The notes: a model not told the origin generated them from the letters alone. DNA of 64,000 bases from Gemmatimonadaceae bacterium (GCA_044224875.1 JBGAJQ010000018.1:12915-76914), one strand, 5' to 3'. Counted from the first letter of the stretch, positions 19,600 to 29,417 are shown. A program made the numbers and translations.

Positions 19600-22230
19600 A
19601 TGTATCGACTTCTTTCACCCAGCCCACTGGTAGTCGCCGTCCTCGCCGCATGCCTCATGGCGGCGAACGCGGGCGCTCAAGGTCGCCCCGTACTGCAGCT
19701 CGATCCGCAGGATGGCGATCGTGGTGTCTTGCCTTGGGATAGGGGCGCCAGCGGACTACGGCAACGGCTGCTGGAATTGGGGACCGTCGCCAGTGTCATG
19801 GAGACGACAGCGCATCCCGACGATGAACAAGCCGGACTCCTGACCAACCTGTCGCGAGGCACTGGGGCGCGAACCGCCCTGTCGGTGCTGAACCGCGGCG
19901 AAGGGGGAGCGAACGCGACAGGTGATGAGTTGTTCGACGGACTCGGGCTGATCCGAACGCAAGAGTTGTTGCTGGCGGGAAGGTACTATGGTCTGGATGA
20001 CATCTACTTCACGTCGGCAGCTGACTACGGGTACTCCAAGACGATGGCCGAGGCTGCGCGGAGCTGGGACACCACGGCCATTCTCAGGGACATGGTGCGC
20101 ATCATCCGCCGCAACCAACCGCTGGTGGTCATTTCGCGTTGGTACGGTGCCGAACGCGACGGCCATGGGCATCACCAACTGGCCGGCGCGCTCACGCCGT
20201 CGGCCGTTGACGCGGCGGCGGACTCCACCCGCTTCCCCGAACAATTGCACGTGGAGGGACTACGACCCTGGAAGGTGCTGCGACTGTTTCGTTCGAATGT
20301 CCCCTCCGGTCTGACGGCGCACGTAACGATCGACGCCAGTCGATTCGACCCATGGCTTGGCATGACCTACGACGACTTGGGGGCCGAAGGCTACGTGCGG
20401 CAAGCATCGCAGACGGGCGGCCGCCGAGGCGGCGGGGACCCGCGAGTCCAGCGACTCGAGCAACTTCGTGGGAGAAGGCCGTCGTCACCCAATGACATCT
20501 TCTCGTCACTCGACCTCTCGGTGGGGCACCTGTTTACCCTGACGGGAGAGCGACAAGCGCCGGGCGTTGCGCAAGATCTGCTCGTGGTTCAGCGTGCCGC
20601 CGACATATCCCTCAGCACCTTCAATCCTGCCGAGCCTTGGCGGTCAGTGGACCAATTGCGGGTGGGACTGCACGCGCTCCGGCGGGTGTTGGCACGAACG
20701 GGGTCGTCCGCGCCGAGGGCGCGCTTCATGCTCGAGGTGAAGGAACGTCAATTCGAGCGCGCGATCGTTGCTGCTCTGGCGATCGACGCGTCGGCAATCG
20801 CCGTGAGTGGATTCGGGGATGGCAGGCCAGTGACCCCGGGAGAGTCACTCACTGTCGAGCTGACGGTGCGACATGGAGCGCCGGTGACGCTCAGGCTGAG
20901 CCGGAGTCGATTGGAGTCCGTGAGTGGTTGGGTGACTCCCGCGCCGAGTTCGGCCGAGGTGGCCCGCGGCGTCGCGTGGCGCGATACCGTTCGAATTCTC
21001 GTACCGTCAGAGGCCCCTCCGGATCGTCCGGCCTTCACTCGTTCGAGCATTGCGAGCGCGCAGTACGCGTGGCGGAATGGAGTCCCTTCGCACGAGGCGC
21101 TCCCCATCCCAACATTGGTGTGCGAGTTCGTTCTCGACGTTGGCGGCGAACCGGTGACGTTTCGGCGTACCGTCAGATCTAGACGATCCTACGCCTTGGA
21201 TGGGACCTCATCGCCGCCACTCGTCGTGGTGCCGCCCGTATCCCTGCGTCTGGTTCCCGGGGTCCGCGTCGTCCACGGTGACAGCGCGACGCAACTGTCG
21301 GTTGCGGTTGAGGTGACGGGGAACGCGCCATCGGGCGTTACGGCCGACATCGCACTGCAGGCACCGGCAGCGACGGCTGCTCGCGCCGTTCAACGCGCGC
21401 AACTGGCGTTCGGTGAGCGACGGACCATCCCGTTCTCGCTGACGATGCCCGCTGGCGTGGATTCACTGGTCGTCCGTGCCACCGCACGCGTGAAGGATCG
21501 AGTGTGGACCGACCAGCTGAACGTGCTCTCGCATGCCGGCCTGGAGCCAGCCTACCTGTACGCGACGCCTGCGACCATCGTACGTCGCATCGACGTTCGC
21601 TTACGCGAGGGTCTCAAGGTCGGCTATGTGATGGGCGTCGGCGACTTGGTGCCAGAGGCGATTGCGGAGCTCGGTGCAGAGGTGTCGCTCCTGGACGCCG
21701 CAGCGGTTGCGGCTGGCGATTTTTCGTCATTCGATGCAGTCGTGATCGGCACACGGGCGTACTCTGTGCGTCCTGAGCTTGCAGGGGCCGCAGCTGCCCT
21801 CCGCCGTTATGCCGAGAACGGTGGGGAGGTGGTGGTGTTGTATCAAACGCCAGATGCCAACTTGGCGACGAGCGCCCCATTCTACGTCGAGCTTCCGAAC
21901 GATGCGGAGGAGATCTCGGAGGAGGACGCCCCCGTGCAGCTGCTGGATGCAGCGGCACCGTTGCTTACGTCACCGAATCGGATCACGTCTTCTGACTTCG
22001 ACGGTTGGGTCGAGCAACGCGGTTCGAAATTCCTGCGGCAGTGGGGCCCAGAGTTCACGCCGCTGATCGAAAGCCACGACAGCGGACAAGCGCCGCAGCG
22101 AGGCATCTGGGTGACCGCGGATGTTGGAGCTGGCCGCTGGACCTACGTTTCCCTCGCGCTCCATAGGCAGCTGCCATTTGGCGTGCCCGGCGCCTATCGC
22201 ATTCTGGCGAACCTGCTCTCGCGGCGCTGA
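19600..22230 (+). CDS. Secreted PIG-L/LmbE-family deacetylase with Ig-like and C-terminal GATase-like domains
   Basis: Signal peptide; AHPDDE, RGEGG, GLIRTQEL, DYGYSK, GHGHHQ; C-terminal VGYVMGVGD...FDGWVEQRG...GAYRILANL. Confidence 0.85.
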   Translation: MYRLLSPSPLVVAVLAACLMAANAGAQGRPVLQLDPQDGDRGVLPWDRGASGLRQRLLELGTVASVMETTAHPDDEQAGLLTNLSRGTGARTALSVLNRGEGGANATGDELFDGLGLIRTQELLLAGRYYGLDDIYFTSAADYGYSKTMAEAARSWDTTAILRDMVRIIRRNQPLVVISRWYGAERDGHGHHQLAGALTPSAVDAAADSTRFPEQLHVEGLRPWKVLRLFRSNVPSGLTAHVTIDASRFDPWLGMTYDDLGAEGYVRQASQTGGRRGGGDPRVQRLEQLRGRRPSSPNDIFSSLDLSVGHLFTLTGERQAPGVAQDLLVVQRAADISLSTFNPAEPWRSVDQLRVGLHALRRVLARTGSSAPRARFMLEVKERQFERAIVAALAIDASAIAVSGFGDGRPVTPGESLTVELTVRHGAPVTLRLSRSRLESVSGWVTPAPSSAEVARGVAWRDTVRILVPSEAPPDRPAFTRSSIASAQYAWRNGVPSHEALPIPTLVCEFVLDVGGEPVTFRRTVRSRRSYALDGTSSPPLVVVPPVSLRLVPGVRVVHGDSATQLSVAVEVTGNAPSGVTADIALQAPAATAARAVQRAQLAFGERRTIPFSLTMPAGVDSLVVRATARVKDRVWTDQLNVLSHAGLEPAYLYATPATIVRRIDVRLREGLKVGYVMGVGDLVPEAIAELGAEVSLLDAAAVAAGDFSSFDAVVIGTRAYSVRPELAGAAAALRRYAENGGEVVVLYQTPDANLATSAPFYVELPNDAEEISEEDAPVQLLDAAAPLLTSPNRITSSDFDGWVEQRGSKFLRQWGPEFTPLIESHDSGQAPQRGIWVTADVGAGRWTYVSLALHRQLPFGVPGAYRILANLLSRR

Positions 22231-22259
22231 CGTCGCCACGCGGGTGCAGGCCGGCCGGA

Positions 22260-22299
22260 CGACAACGGGGGGCCGCGATGACGCGACCCCCCGTTGTCG
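22260..22299. terminator. Long hairpin between convergent genes
   Basis: CGACAACGGGGGGCCGCG-atga-CGCGACCCCCCGTTGTCG (one mismatch). Confidence 0.7.
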
Positions 22300-22310
22300 C
22301 AGGCAGCCGT

Positions 22311-23939
22311 TTACTGGGCGACCGGCTTCACCGTCGGATACTTGATGCCTAACTGCTCCAGGTATGATTTGTACTTGCTCGGGTCGTAGTAGTACTTCCG
22401 CATCTCGGGGCGATACTTCTCCATGATGTCGGCATTCAACCAGGTCGGTGGGCCGTCATTCGGGCCAAGGAACGACTTGTACTTCGTTGTCTTTGTCTGC
22501 ACGTCGTTGAAGTAGGTCCACGCATCGGCCACGACTTGTGGCTTGAGCAAGATATCCAGCAACGTGAGTGCCTGGACCTTGGCCCCCGCCACGCCGCCCT
22601 TGTGCGCGATCGGTGTGGCCATGGAAATGCCGTTGGCCCAGTTGTGGCCCGGCATTCCCGGGATGTTCGACGGGTAGCGCAGGGTCACCGTCGGGACATT
22701 CCAGGACACGTCGCCGATATCGTCCGACCCGCCGCCTAACGACCGTGACATGTCGACTGGGCCGGACAGTGAGTCGATTTCCGTTTCCAGACCCTGCTCC
22801 TTGACGCCCAATTCGTGCTGAATCCCCTTGGCGAGCGCGACATCGTTGGCGTCCCACGTTGGCAGGCCGACACGCTTGATGTTCTCGTACGTCTGCTCGG
22901 CGATCACCTTGTTGAAGTGCCCGGACCATGCCGACCCAAGGATCATCACCGTGTCCAACTGCGTGTCCGTCATCAGGGCAGCGCCCTGCGCAATGCGCTT
23001 GGCGGCCGAGAACATCGTTTGCACGCGATCGTAGTCGCGTTCGCGCAGGTAGAACCAGATCGATGCGGTTTGGGGGACGACATTGGGTTGGTCGCCACCA
23101 TCCTTGATGACGTAGTGCGAACGCTGTGCGGGCTCCATGTGCTCACGATGGAACTCCCACCCCTGACCCATGAGCATGACGGCATCCAGCGCCGACCGGC
23201 CGCGCCACGGCGCGCCAGCGGCGTGGGCGGTCGCACCCTTGAACTTGAACATCACGGAAACAATCGCGTTGGACCCCGACTGCCCCCAGGAGACGCCGAG
23301 GTTGTTGCCGACGTGCGTGAAGAGGCAGATGTCCACGTCCTTGAAGACGCCAGCTCGAATGAGGTGCGCCTTGCCCGCCACGGCTTCTTCCGCGACGCCG
23401 GGCCAGATCTTGAGCGTGCCCTGCAGGTGCTCGCGCTCCATGATCTCCTTGACGACCAACGCGGCGGCGATGTTGACCGCCTGACCGGAGTTATGACCCT
23501 CACCGTGCCCGGGGGCGCCGGGGATGAGCCATTCCTTGTAGCCGAAGGCTGGCTTCTGGTTCGACTGCGGAATGCCGTCGATGTCCGAGCCTAACGCGAT
23601 CACGGGCTTGCCGGAGCCCCAGGTCGCCACAAAGGCGGTCGGCATCCCGGCGACCCCGCGTTCCACCTTGAAGCCGTTCTGCTCCAGCAGGTTGGTGAGA
23701 TACTTCGAGGTTTCGAACTCCTGCATGCCGAGTTCGCCGAACGAGTAGACCTGGTCGATCATCTGCTGCACGAGCGTGGCTCGCTGATCGACCTTCTGCA
23801 TCGCTTCAGCTTTCAACTTCTCGATGCGTGGGTCGGCCTTGGCCGGAGCTGGCTTCTTTCCACCCTGGGCCATGCCTGGTGCGGTGCACACCAAGGAGAG
23901 CAGGGCGGTCGCGATGAATCTGGAAGAACGGCGCGTCAT
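22311..23939 (-). CDS. Secreted M20-family amidohydrolase (AbgB-like), paralog 1
   Basis: Signal peptide; GSDIDG, GHGEGHN, PGVAEE, GGDQPNVVP, SDDIGDVSW, PGHNW. Confidence 0.88.
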   Translation of the reverse strand: MTRRSSRFIATALLSLVCTAPGMAQGGKKPAPAKADPRIEKLKAEAMQKVDQRATLVQQMIDQVYSFGELGMQEFETSKYLTNLLEQNGFKVERGVAGMPTAFVATWGSGKPVIALGSDIDGIPQSNQKPAFGYKEWLIPGAPGHGEGHNSGQAVNIAAALVVKEIMEREHLQGTLKIWPGVAEEAVAGKAHLIRAGVFKDVDICLFTHVGNNLGVSWGQSGSNAIVSVMFKFKGATAHAAGAPWRGRSALDAVMLMGQGWEFHREHMEPAQRSHYVIKDGGDQPNVVPQTASIWFYLRERDYDRVQTMFSAAKRIAQGAALMTDTQLDTVMILGSAWSGHFNKVIAEQTYENIKRVGLPTWDANDVALAKGIQHELGVKEQGLETEIDSLSGPVDMSRSLGGGSDDIGDVSWNVPTVTLRYPSNIPGMPGHNWANGISMATPIAHKGGVAGAKVQALTLLDILLKPQVVADAWTYFNDVQTKTTKYKSFLGPNDGPPTWLNADIMEKYRPEMRKYYYDPSKYKSYLEQLGIKYPTVKPVAQ

Positions 23940-23981
23940 GGTGACAGGAAAGGGAGAGGGGAGAGAGCGGAGCGACAAACG

Positions 23982-25604
23982 TTATTGCACGGATTTCACG
24001 GTGGGATACGTGATCCCCAGCTGTTCCAGGTACGTCTTGTACTTCGTTGGATCGTAATAGAACTTGCGCATCGCCGGCCGATATCGCTCCATGATGTCGG
24101 CATTGAGCCAGATGGGCGGTCCATCGTTAGGTCCGAGAAAGGACTTGTACTTGATGGTCTTCGTCTGGACGTTGGTGAAGTAGTCCCATGCGTCGGCCAC
24201 GATCTTTGGCGTGAGCATGAGGTCCAGTAGCGTCAGCGCCTGCACCTTCGCACCAGCCAAGGCACCCTTGTGCGCGATGGGCGTGGCCATGGAAATCCCA
24301 TTCGCCCAGTTATGACCCGGCAGGCCAGGGATATTTGACGGATACCCTAGCGTTACGGTTGGCACGCTCCACGAGACATCGCCGATGTCGTCGGAAGCGC
24401 CGAACGTCACATTCTCCGGAAATGGACCAGCGAGCGGTGGAAGCTCGCTCGTCAAGCCAGAGGTTGGCATGCCGAGCTCCTTTTGCAGGGCACGCGCCAA
24501 TGTCTGGTCATTCGAGTCCCACGCGGGCATTCCAACACGCGTGATGTTTCGATAGGTCGCTTCGGCGACGGCCTTGTTCATGTGCGGATTCCAGGCCGAT
24601 CCCAGGATCATCACCGTATCCAGCTGGGTGTCTGTCATCAACGCAGCGCCCTGGGCGATCCGTTTGGCGGCCGCGAACATGTCCTGCACGTGGTCGTAGT
24701 CGCGTTCGCGGAGATAGAACCAGATACTCGCGGTCTGCGGCACCACGTTAGGCTGGTCACCGCCATCCTTGATGACGTAGTGAGAGCGCTGTATCGGTTC
24801 CATGTGCTCGCGGTGGTACTCCCAGCCTTGTCCCATGAGCATCACCGCATCGAGCGCTGACTTGCCGCGCCATGGTGCGGCCGCCGCGTGCGCTGTCGCG
24901 CCCTTGAACCTGAACATCACCGACAAATTGGCCGTGAGTGGCATCCGGCCCCAGGAGACCGCGAGCATGTCGCCGACGTGGGTGAACAAGTTCACGTCTA
25001 CGTCCTTGAACACACCGGCACGCACCAGATGCGCCTTCCCCGCGATCGCCTCCTCCGCAACGCCCGGCCACAACTTCAGGGTGCCCGGGATCTTCTCGCG
25101 TTCCATCAGCTCCTTCACGGCAATCGCGGCGACGATGTTCACCGCCTGGCCCGAATTGTGTCCCTCGCCATGTCCAGGTGCGGACGCAACGATCGGGTCC
25201 CGATATCCCGTTCCAGGCTTCTGGTTGGATTGCGGGATCCCGTCGATATCCGAACCAAGGGCAATGACTGGCTTCCCCGAGCCCCACGTCGCCACCCACG
25301 CGGTAGGCATTCCGGCGACGCCGCGCTCTACACGGAATCCATTCTGCTCGAGTATCCCCGTCAGGTACTTCGAGGTCTCGAATTCCTGCATTCCCAGTTC
25401 GCCAAACGAAAAAACCTGATCTACGATCTCCTGCACCAGTTTCGCGCGCGCATCGACCGATTTGAGGGCCTCGGCTTTCAGGCGTTCAAGCCGCGGGTCG
25501 TCCGGCGCTGATGCATTCTTCTTTTGCGCTGGAAGGGTCGGGGGATGCACCAACGTCGCGCACGCCATGGCCACCACGACGCGTCGCACGACTGACATCT
25601 GCAT
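23982..25604 (-). CDS. Secreted M20-family amidohydrolase (AbgB-like), paralog 2
   Basis: Same motifs as paralog 1 with long identical peptide blocks; GAGG RBS before ATG at 25604. Confidence 0.88.
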   Translation of the reverse strand: MQMSVVRRVVVAMACATLVHPPTLPAQKKNASAPDDPRLERLKAEALKSVDARAKLVQEIVDQVFSFGELGMQEFETSKYLTGILEQNGFRVERGVAGMPTAWVATWGSGKPVIALGSDIDGIPQSNQKPGTGYRDPIVASAPGHGEGHNSGQAVNIVAAIAVKELMEREKIPGTLKLWPGVAEEAIAGKAHLVRAGVFKDVDVNLFTHVGDMLAVSWGRMPLTANLSVMFRFKGATAHAAAAPWRGKSALDAVMLMGQGWEYHREHMEPIQRSHYVIKDGGDQPNVVPQTASIWFYLRERDYDHVQDMFAAAKRIAQGAALMTDTQLDTVMILGSAWNPHMNKAVAEATYRNITRVGMPAWDSNDQTLARALQKELGMPTSGLTSELPPLAGPFPENVTFGASDDIGDVSWSVPTVTLGYPSNIPGLPGHNWANGISMATPIAHKGALAGAKVQALTLLDLMLTPKIVADAWDYFTNVQTKTIKYKSFLGPNDGPPIWLNADIMERYRPAMRKFYYDPTKYKTYLEQLGITYPTVKSVQ

Positions 25605-25799
25605 GGTCGTTCCTCGCAGAAACGGTGAGGTTTGGGGGAGTCCACTGAAGCATAGCGATACGAACATGCGCATCGCTTTCGCGCAATTGCAACGTTGCGG
25701 GCGCGCGACCGCCGCTCGTGATCCTTCGATGCGACGTCGATCAGAGCACGGTCTGCGTACGCTCCGCGACTCGAAGTGTCTCGCGCTTCGCCGGACGGG

Positions 25800-27185
25800 T
25801 TACGGCTGGCGTTCCTCTGGCGTTGACGTCGGAGAATCGCTCGTTGTGACTGGCGGCAATTGCGTGAGCAGGCTGGAGCGCGAACGTCCGGGCAGGCGTT
25901 GGCCGAGCCGGGTGGATGTCTGCGGTTCAGGCGACGCAGCGGTGCGCACGTCTACGGGGCGTCGCATGAATGGTTTGGGAGCGCCGGACGCTTTCGATTC
26001 GGCGCCCAGCGAGCCGGTCGCGTTCGCCGCGTCGGCGCGCGGGCGCGTTCGCGCTGGAGGCAGTCGAGGGGTGCGACTTTTCACGTCTCTCGCACCAGCT
26101 GGCAGGTCGCTTCGCGCGGCGGGAAGAATCGTGAGACGCGGCCCTTCGTCGGGATACGGCGAATGGCCAGCTGGATTCGGAGGGCCCGCGTTCGAGGGGG
26201 CGGGACCCGAAGACAGCGCGCTGCTCGGCCACCACGCCGACGGGACGCCGGCGTGCGGCTCCACCGGCGAAGTTGTGCCTGACGACGGTCGAGGCTCGGG
26301 GTCATCGAACACCCAGTAGGCCGCGGCGTCTTCCAACGTTCGTGCCGACTCGCCAGGGGGCTCCGCCGTGAAGCTCCCTCTTTCTCCAGTCATCCCAGGT
26401 CCGTCGGCGGAGTGTCCGAGCGTGGTGGGTGAGAGGTCGACCGGGAGTTCCGTGCTGATCACTGGCGAGGAGGCGCGCGCAGGCTCCATGCGCTGGACGG
26501 TCACGGCGTCATGTGAGCACCGGCATCCCGCGGCTTCGGCCAGGTCCAACAAGTAGCGTTCGCCAGCTCCAACCGCACGAGCCACGGTAAAGACGGTCTC
26601 TGGCGCCACGTCGCGCAGGATGGCCCGCGCATGGGCGAACAGCCAGTCCGAATTCGGCGCGCCACCTGGCCGCGATGCAAAACGGCTGCGGTCGGCGGGG
26701 AGGATGTCGTCGAAGTGGTCGGGCTCGAGGAGCGGGGAGAGGCCGGCCTTGTGAAGGCGTGTCACAAACGCCTCGGGTGAGACGTGTTCGTCGATCTCCG
26801 GGCTTTGCCCTCCGGGGCACGCGCCCACATACGTCACCGCGATGTCATGCGGCGCGAACCCCGCCCGAACATAGCGAGCCGCGGCGATCGGCGGCGATAC
26901 CGAAAGGCAGCGGCCAACCGCGCGTGTCTGATCCGCGGCCGCGCTCGACAGCACGTACGGACAGTGGAGAAGGAGCGAGGCGCCGGGTGGATTTGCGGCC
27001 ATGTGCTCCCCCGCATGTTGTGCGATCAATTCGTCGCCCCAACTGCTCGGCGCAACAAACGCGAATCCCGCAGCCATGCAAGCACGAGCCAATTGAATCG
27101 GCGTCGCCGGTCGTGCGGCGACGAGCGCGTCATTGCCAAGAATGACGACGCGGCTCCGCTCGATCGAAGACTTGAGGCTCTGCAT
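25800..27185 (-). CDS. Hypothetical protein with a degenerate [FeFe]-hydrogenase large-subunit C-terminal-like domain and a disordered tail
   Basis: PATPIQLARACMAAGF...WGDELIA...HCPYV...SPPIAAARYVR...VTYVGACP...GCRC; about 200-aa Pro/Ser/Arg-rich C-terminus. Confidence 0.55.
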   Translation of the reverse strand: MQSLKSSIERSRVVILGNDALVAARPATPIQLARACMAAGFAFVAPSSWGDELIAQHAGEHMAANPPGASLLLHCPYVLSSAAADQTRAVGRCLSVSPPIAAARYVRAGFAPHDIAVTYVGACPGGQSPEIDEHVSPEAFVTRLHKAGLSPLLEPDHFDDILPADRSRFASRPGGAPNSDWLFAHARAILRDVAPETVFTVARAVGAGERYLLDLAEAAGCRCSHDAVTVQRMEPARASSPVISTELPVDLSPTTLGHSADGPGMTGERGSFTAEPPGESARTLEDAAAYWVFDDPEPRPSSGTTSPVEPHAGVPSAWWPSSALSSGPAPSNAGPPNPAGHSPYPDEGPRLTILPAARSDLPAGARDVKSRTPRLPPARTRPRADAANATGSLGAESKASGAPKPFMRRPVDVRTAASPEPQTSTRLGQRLPGRSRSSLLTQLPPVTTSDSPTSTPEERQP

Positions 27186-27351
27186 GTCGATAGGCGCAGG
27201 TCCGAAGGCGAAAACATGGAGCGAACGTCTCGCGAGGCCCCACGCCCGAGCCTCTTCACTGTCGCCCCCAGAAGCTACTCGCCGCCGCCAGTCGCGTCAG
27301 GTGTGGTACAGGCCTGACACCGACGCGGGAGCGCCGCTACAATTGGGAACT

Positions 27352-28347
27352 ATGATCGATGTCGTGGCGCTCGCGGCAGAATTGCTCGCAATCGAATCGC
27401 CGACTGGCGGCGAAGGGAAGGCCGTCGACTACGTCTCGCGATGGCTGGTATCCCGCGGATGGAACGTCACCGTTCAGGAGGTCTCGCCGGGACGGGGCAA
27501 TGTATGGGCATCCCGGGCTGGCGGAGGAGTGACGCTTTCGAGCCACTTGGACACGGTCCCGCCTTACATCCCCCCGCGACTGGCTCGGGACCGTCTGTAT
27601 GGACGTGGTGCTTGTGACGCCAAGGGCATCGTCGCCGCGATGCTGGCGGCGTCCGACGTGCTGACCGCCGAGGGCGAAGAGCGCATCGATCTCCTCTTTG
27701 TGGTCGGTGAGGAGAAAGGCTCGGACGGAGCGCGCGCAGCCAACCGGCTGCCAGCGACGTCACGCTTTCTGGTGAACGGCGAGCCCACCGAAAGTAAGCT
27801 CGCTGTGGGCGCCAAGGGGTCGTTGCGTGTTCACCTGAGAACACGTGGTAAGGAAGCGCACTCCGCATATCCGCACCTTGGCCAGTCGGCAATCGAGCCG
27901 ATGTTGGCGCTCCTGCCCACGATACACGGCGTCCGGTGGCCCGTCGATCCCAAACTCGGCGAAACCACGGTGAACATCGGAACGATTCACGGCGGCACCG
28001 AGGCGAACATCATTCCTGGCGCGTGCGAAGTGGAGCTGATGTTCCGCCTCGTCGGCGATGTCAGCGAGGTCAAGCAGCGGCTGGAGGCGTGGGTCGGAGA
28101 TCGCGCCGAATTGTCCTACGGCTCGCACATTCCGGCGCAGAACTTTCACACCATTTCCGGCTTCGACGCTGCCCCGGTCGCCTATACCTCGGACATCCCC
28201 TTGCTCGATCGTTGGGGAACACCGCTGTTGTTCGGGCCCGGATCCATACATGTCGCGCACACGCCCGACGAACACATCGACGTCAGTGAGTTGCGAGCGG
28301 CCGTGAACGCGTATGCGCGAATTGTTCGCGCCCTACTCACCTCATGA
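27352..28347 (+). CDS. M20 ArgE/DapE-family deacylase (probable DapE role from context)
   Basis: SHLDTVP, GRGACDAKG, GEE, GEPT, AHS, AHTPDE; first gene of the DAP operon. Confidence 0.85.
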   Translation: MIDVVALAAELLAIESPTGGEGKAVDYVSRWLVSRGWNVTVQEVSPGRGNVWASRAGGGVTLSSHLDTVPPYIPPRLARDRLYGRGACDAKGIVAAMLAASDVLTAEGEERIDLLFVVGEEKGSDGARAANRLPATSRFLVNGEPTESKLAVGAKGSLRVHLRTRGKEAHSAYPHLGQSAIEPMLALLPTIHGVRWPVDPKLGETTVNIGTIHGGTEANIIPGACEVELMFRLVGDVSEVKQRLEAWVGDRAELSYGSHIPAQNFHTISGFDAAPVAYTSDIPLLDRWGTPLLFGPGSIHVAHTPDEHIDVSELRAAVNAYARIVRALLTS

Positions 28348-29417
28348 CCATGGCGAACACGCGCACCACAAAGTGGCCGGTGGCCATCCTTGGGGCCACG
28401 GGGGCAGTTGGGCAAACATTCGTTAGGCGGCTCGTCAACCATCCGTGGTTCGAGATCGTGGAGCTGGCGGCGTCGGAACGTTCGGCGGGAAAGCCGTATG
28501 GCGAAGCGTGCAAGTGGATTGAAGGCGCCATGCCCGCGGAGCTGGCGCAACGCCCGGTGGTCCTGTGTGAACCTGGCGCGATTCGGTCCCGCATCGTCTT
28601 CTCGGCGCTCGACAGCGCCGTGGCCGGCGAGATGGAACCGGCCTTCGCCCGTGCCGGCGCCGTGGTCCTGAGTAACGCCAAGAATTTCCGCATGGACGAC
28701 GACGTGCCGCTGGTGATTCCAGAAGTGAATGGGCCGCACCTGGATCTGATCGCACGACAGCGTAGGACACGCGGTTGGCATGGGGCGATCGTGACCAACG
28801 CCAACTGTGCGGCGACGATGGCCACCATGGCGCTGGCCCCGCTGCACGAGGCGTTCGGCGTTCGTCAGGTCGTCGCGGTCACGTTTCAGAGCGTGTCGGG
28901 CGCTGGGTATCCCGGTGTGCCGTCCCTGGACATCCTCGGTAACGTGATCCCGTACATCGGCGACGAGGAGCCCAAGATCGAGCGTGAGATGAACAAGATG
29001 CTGGGCCGCCTGGTGGGTGACAGTGTGGAGCTGGCGGGATTCACGGTTTCGGCGCATGCCAACCGCGTCCCGACGCAGCATGGCCACTTGGTGAACCTGT
29101 CGGTGGGGCTCGGGCGCCGGGCATCCGTCGACGAGGTCACGGAGGTCATGCGCCACTGGCAGGGATGTCCCGAGGCCCGATCGCTGCCCAGTTCACCCGC
29201 ACGCGCGCTGGCCGTTACGTCGGAGCCCGATCGGCCGCAGACCCGCCGTGACGTGGATGCTGGCGCCGGCATGACGGTCACCGTTGGGCGTATCCGGCCC
29301 GATCCGATTTTCGACGTGAAGCTGGTCGCGTTAGGTCACAACACGATTCGTGGTGCGGCGGGTGGCTCCGTCCTGAACGCGGAGCTGCTGGCGGCGCGCG
29401 GCATCTTCGAGACGTGA
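28344..29417 (+). CDS. asd: Aspartate-semialdehyde dehydrogenase
   Basis: ILGATGAVGQ, ASERSAGK, VPLVIPEVN, TNANC, QSVSGAGYPG, HNTIRGAAG. Confidence 0.95.
   Translation: MTMANTRTTKWPVAILGATGAVGQTFVRRLVNHPWFEIVELAASERSAGKPYGEACKWIEGAMPAELAQRPVVLCEPGAIRSRIVFSALDSAVAGEMEPAFARAGAVVLSNAKNFRMDDDVPLVIPEVNGPHLDLIARQRRTRGWHGAIVTNANCAATMATMALAPLHEAFGVRQVVAVTFQSVSGAGYPGVPSLDILGNVIPYIGDEEPKIEREMNKMLGRLVGDSVELAGFTVSAHANRVPTQHGHLVNLSVGLGRRASVDEVTEVMRHWQGCPEARSLPSSPARALAVTSEPDRPQTRRDVDAGAGMTVTVGRIRPDPIFDVKLVALGHNTIRGAAGGSVLNAELLAARGIFET

Noticed and set aside
17673..19658. 661-aa aminotransferase with N- and C-terminal extensions
   Set aside because: The upstream start overlaps the divergent gene and the C-terminal extension runs through a terminator-like hairpin; the real gene is about 18037-19400.
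15191..27185. tRNA-anchored genomic island or prophage
   Set aside because: I saw no integrase, no duplicated tRNA 3' end, no phage genes and no obvious compositional shift.
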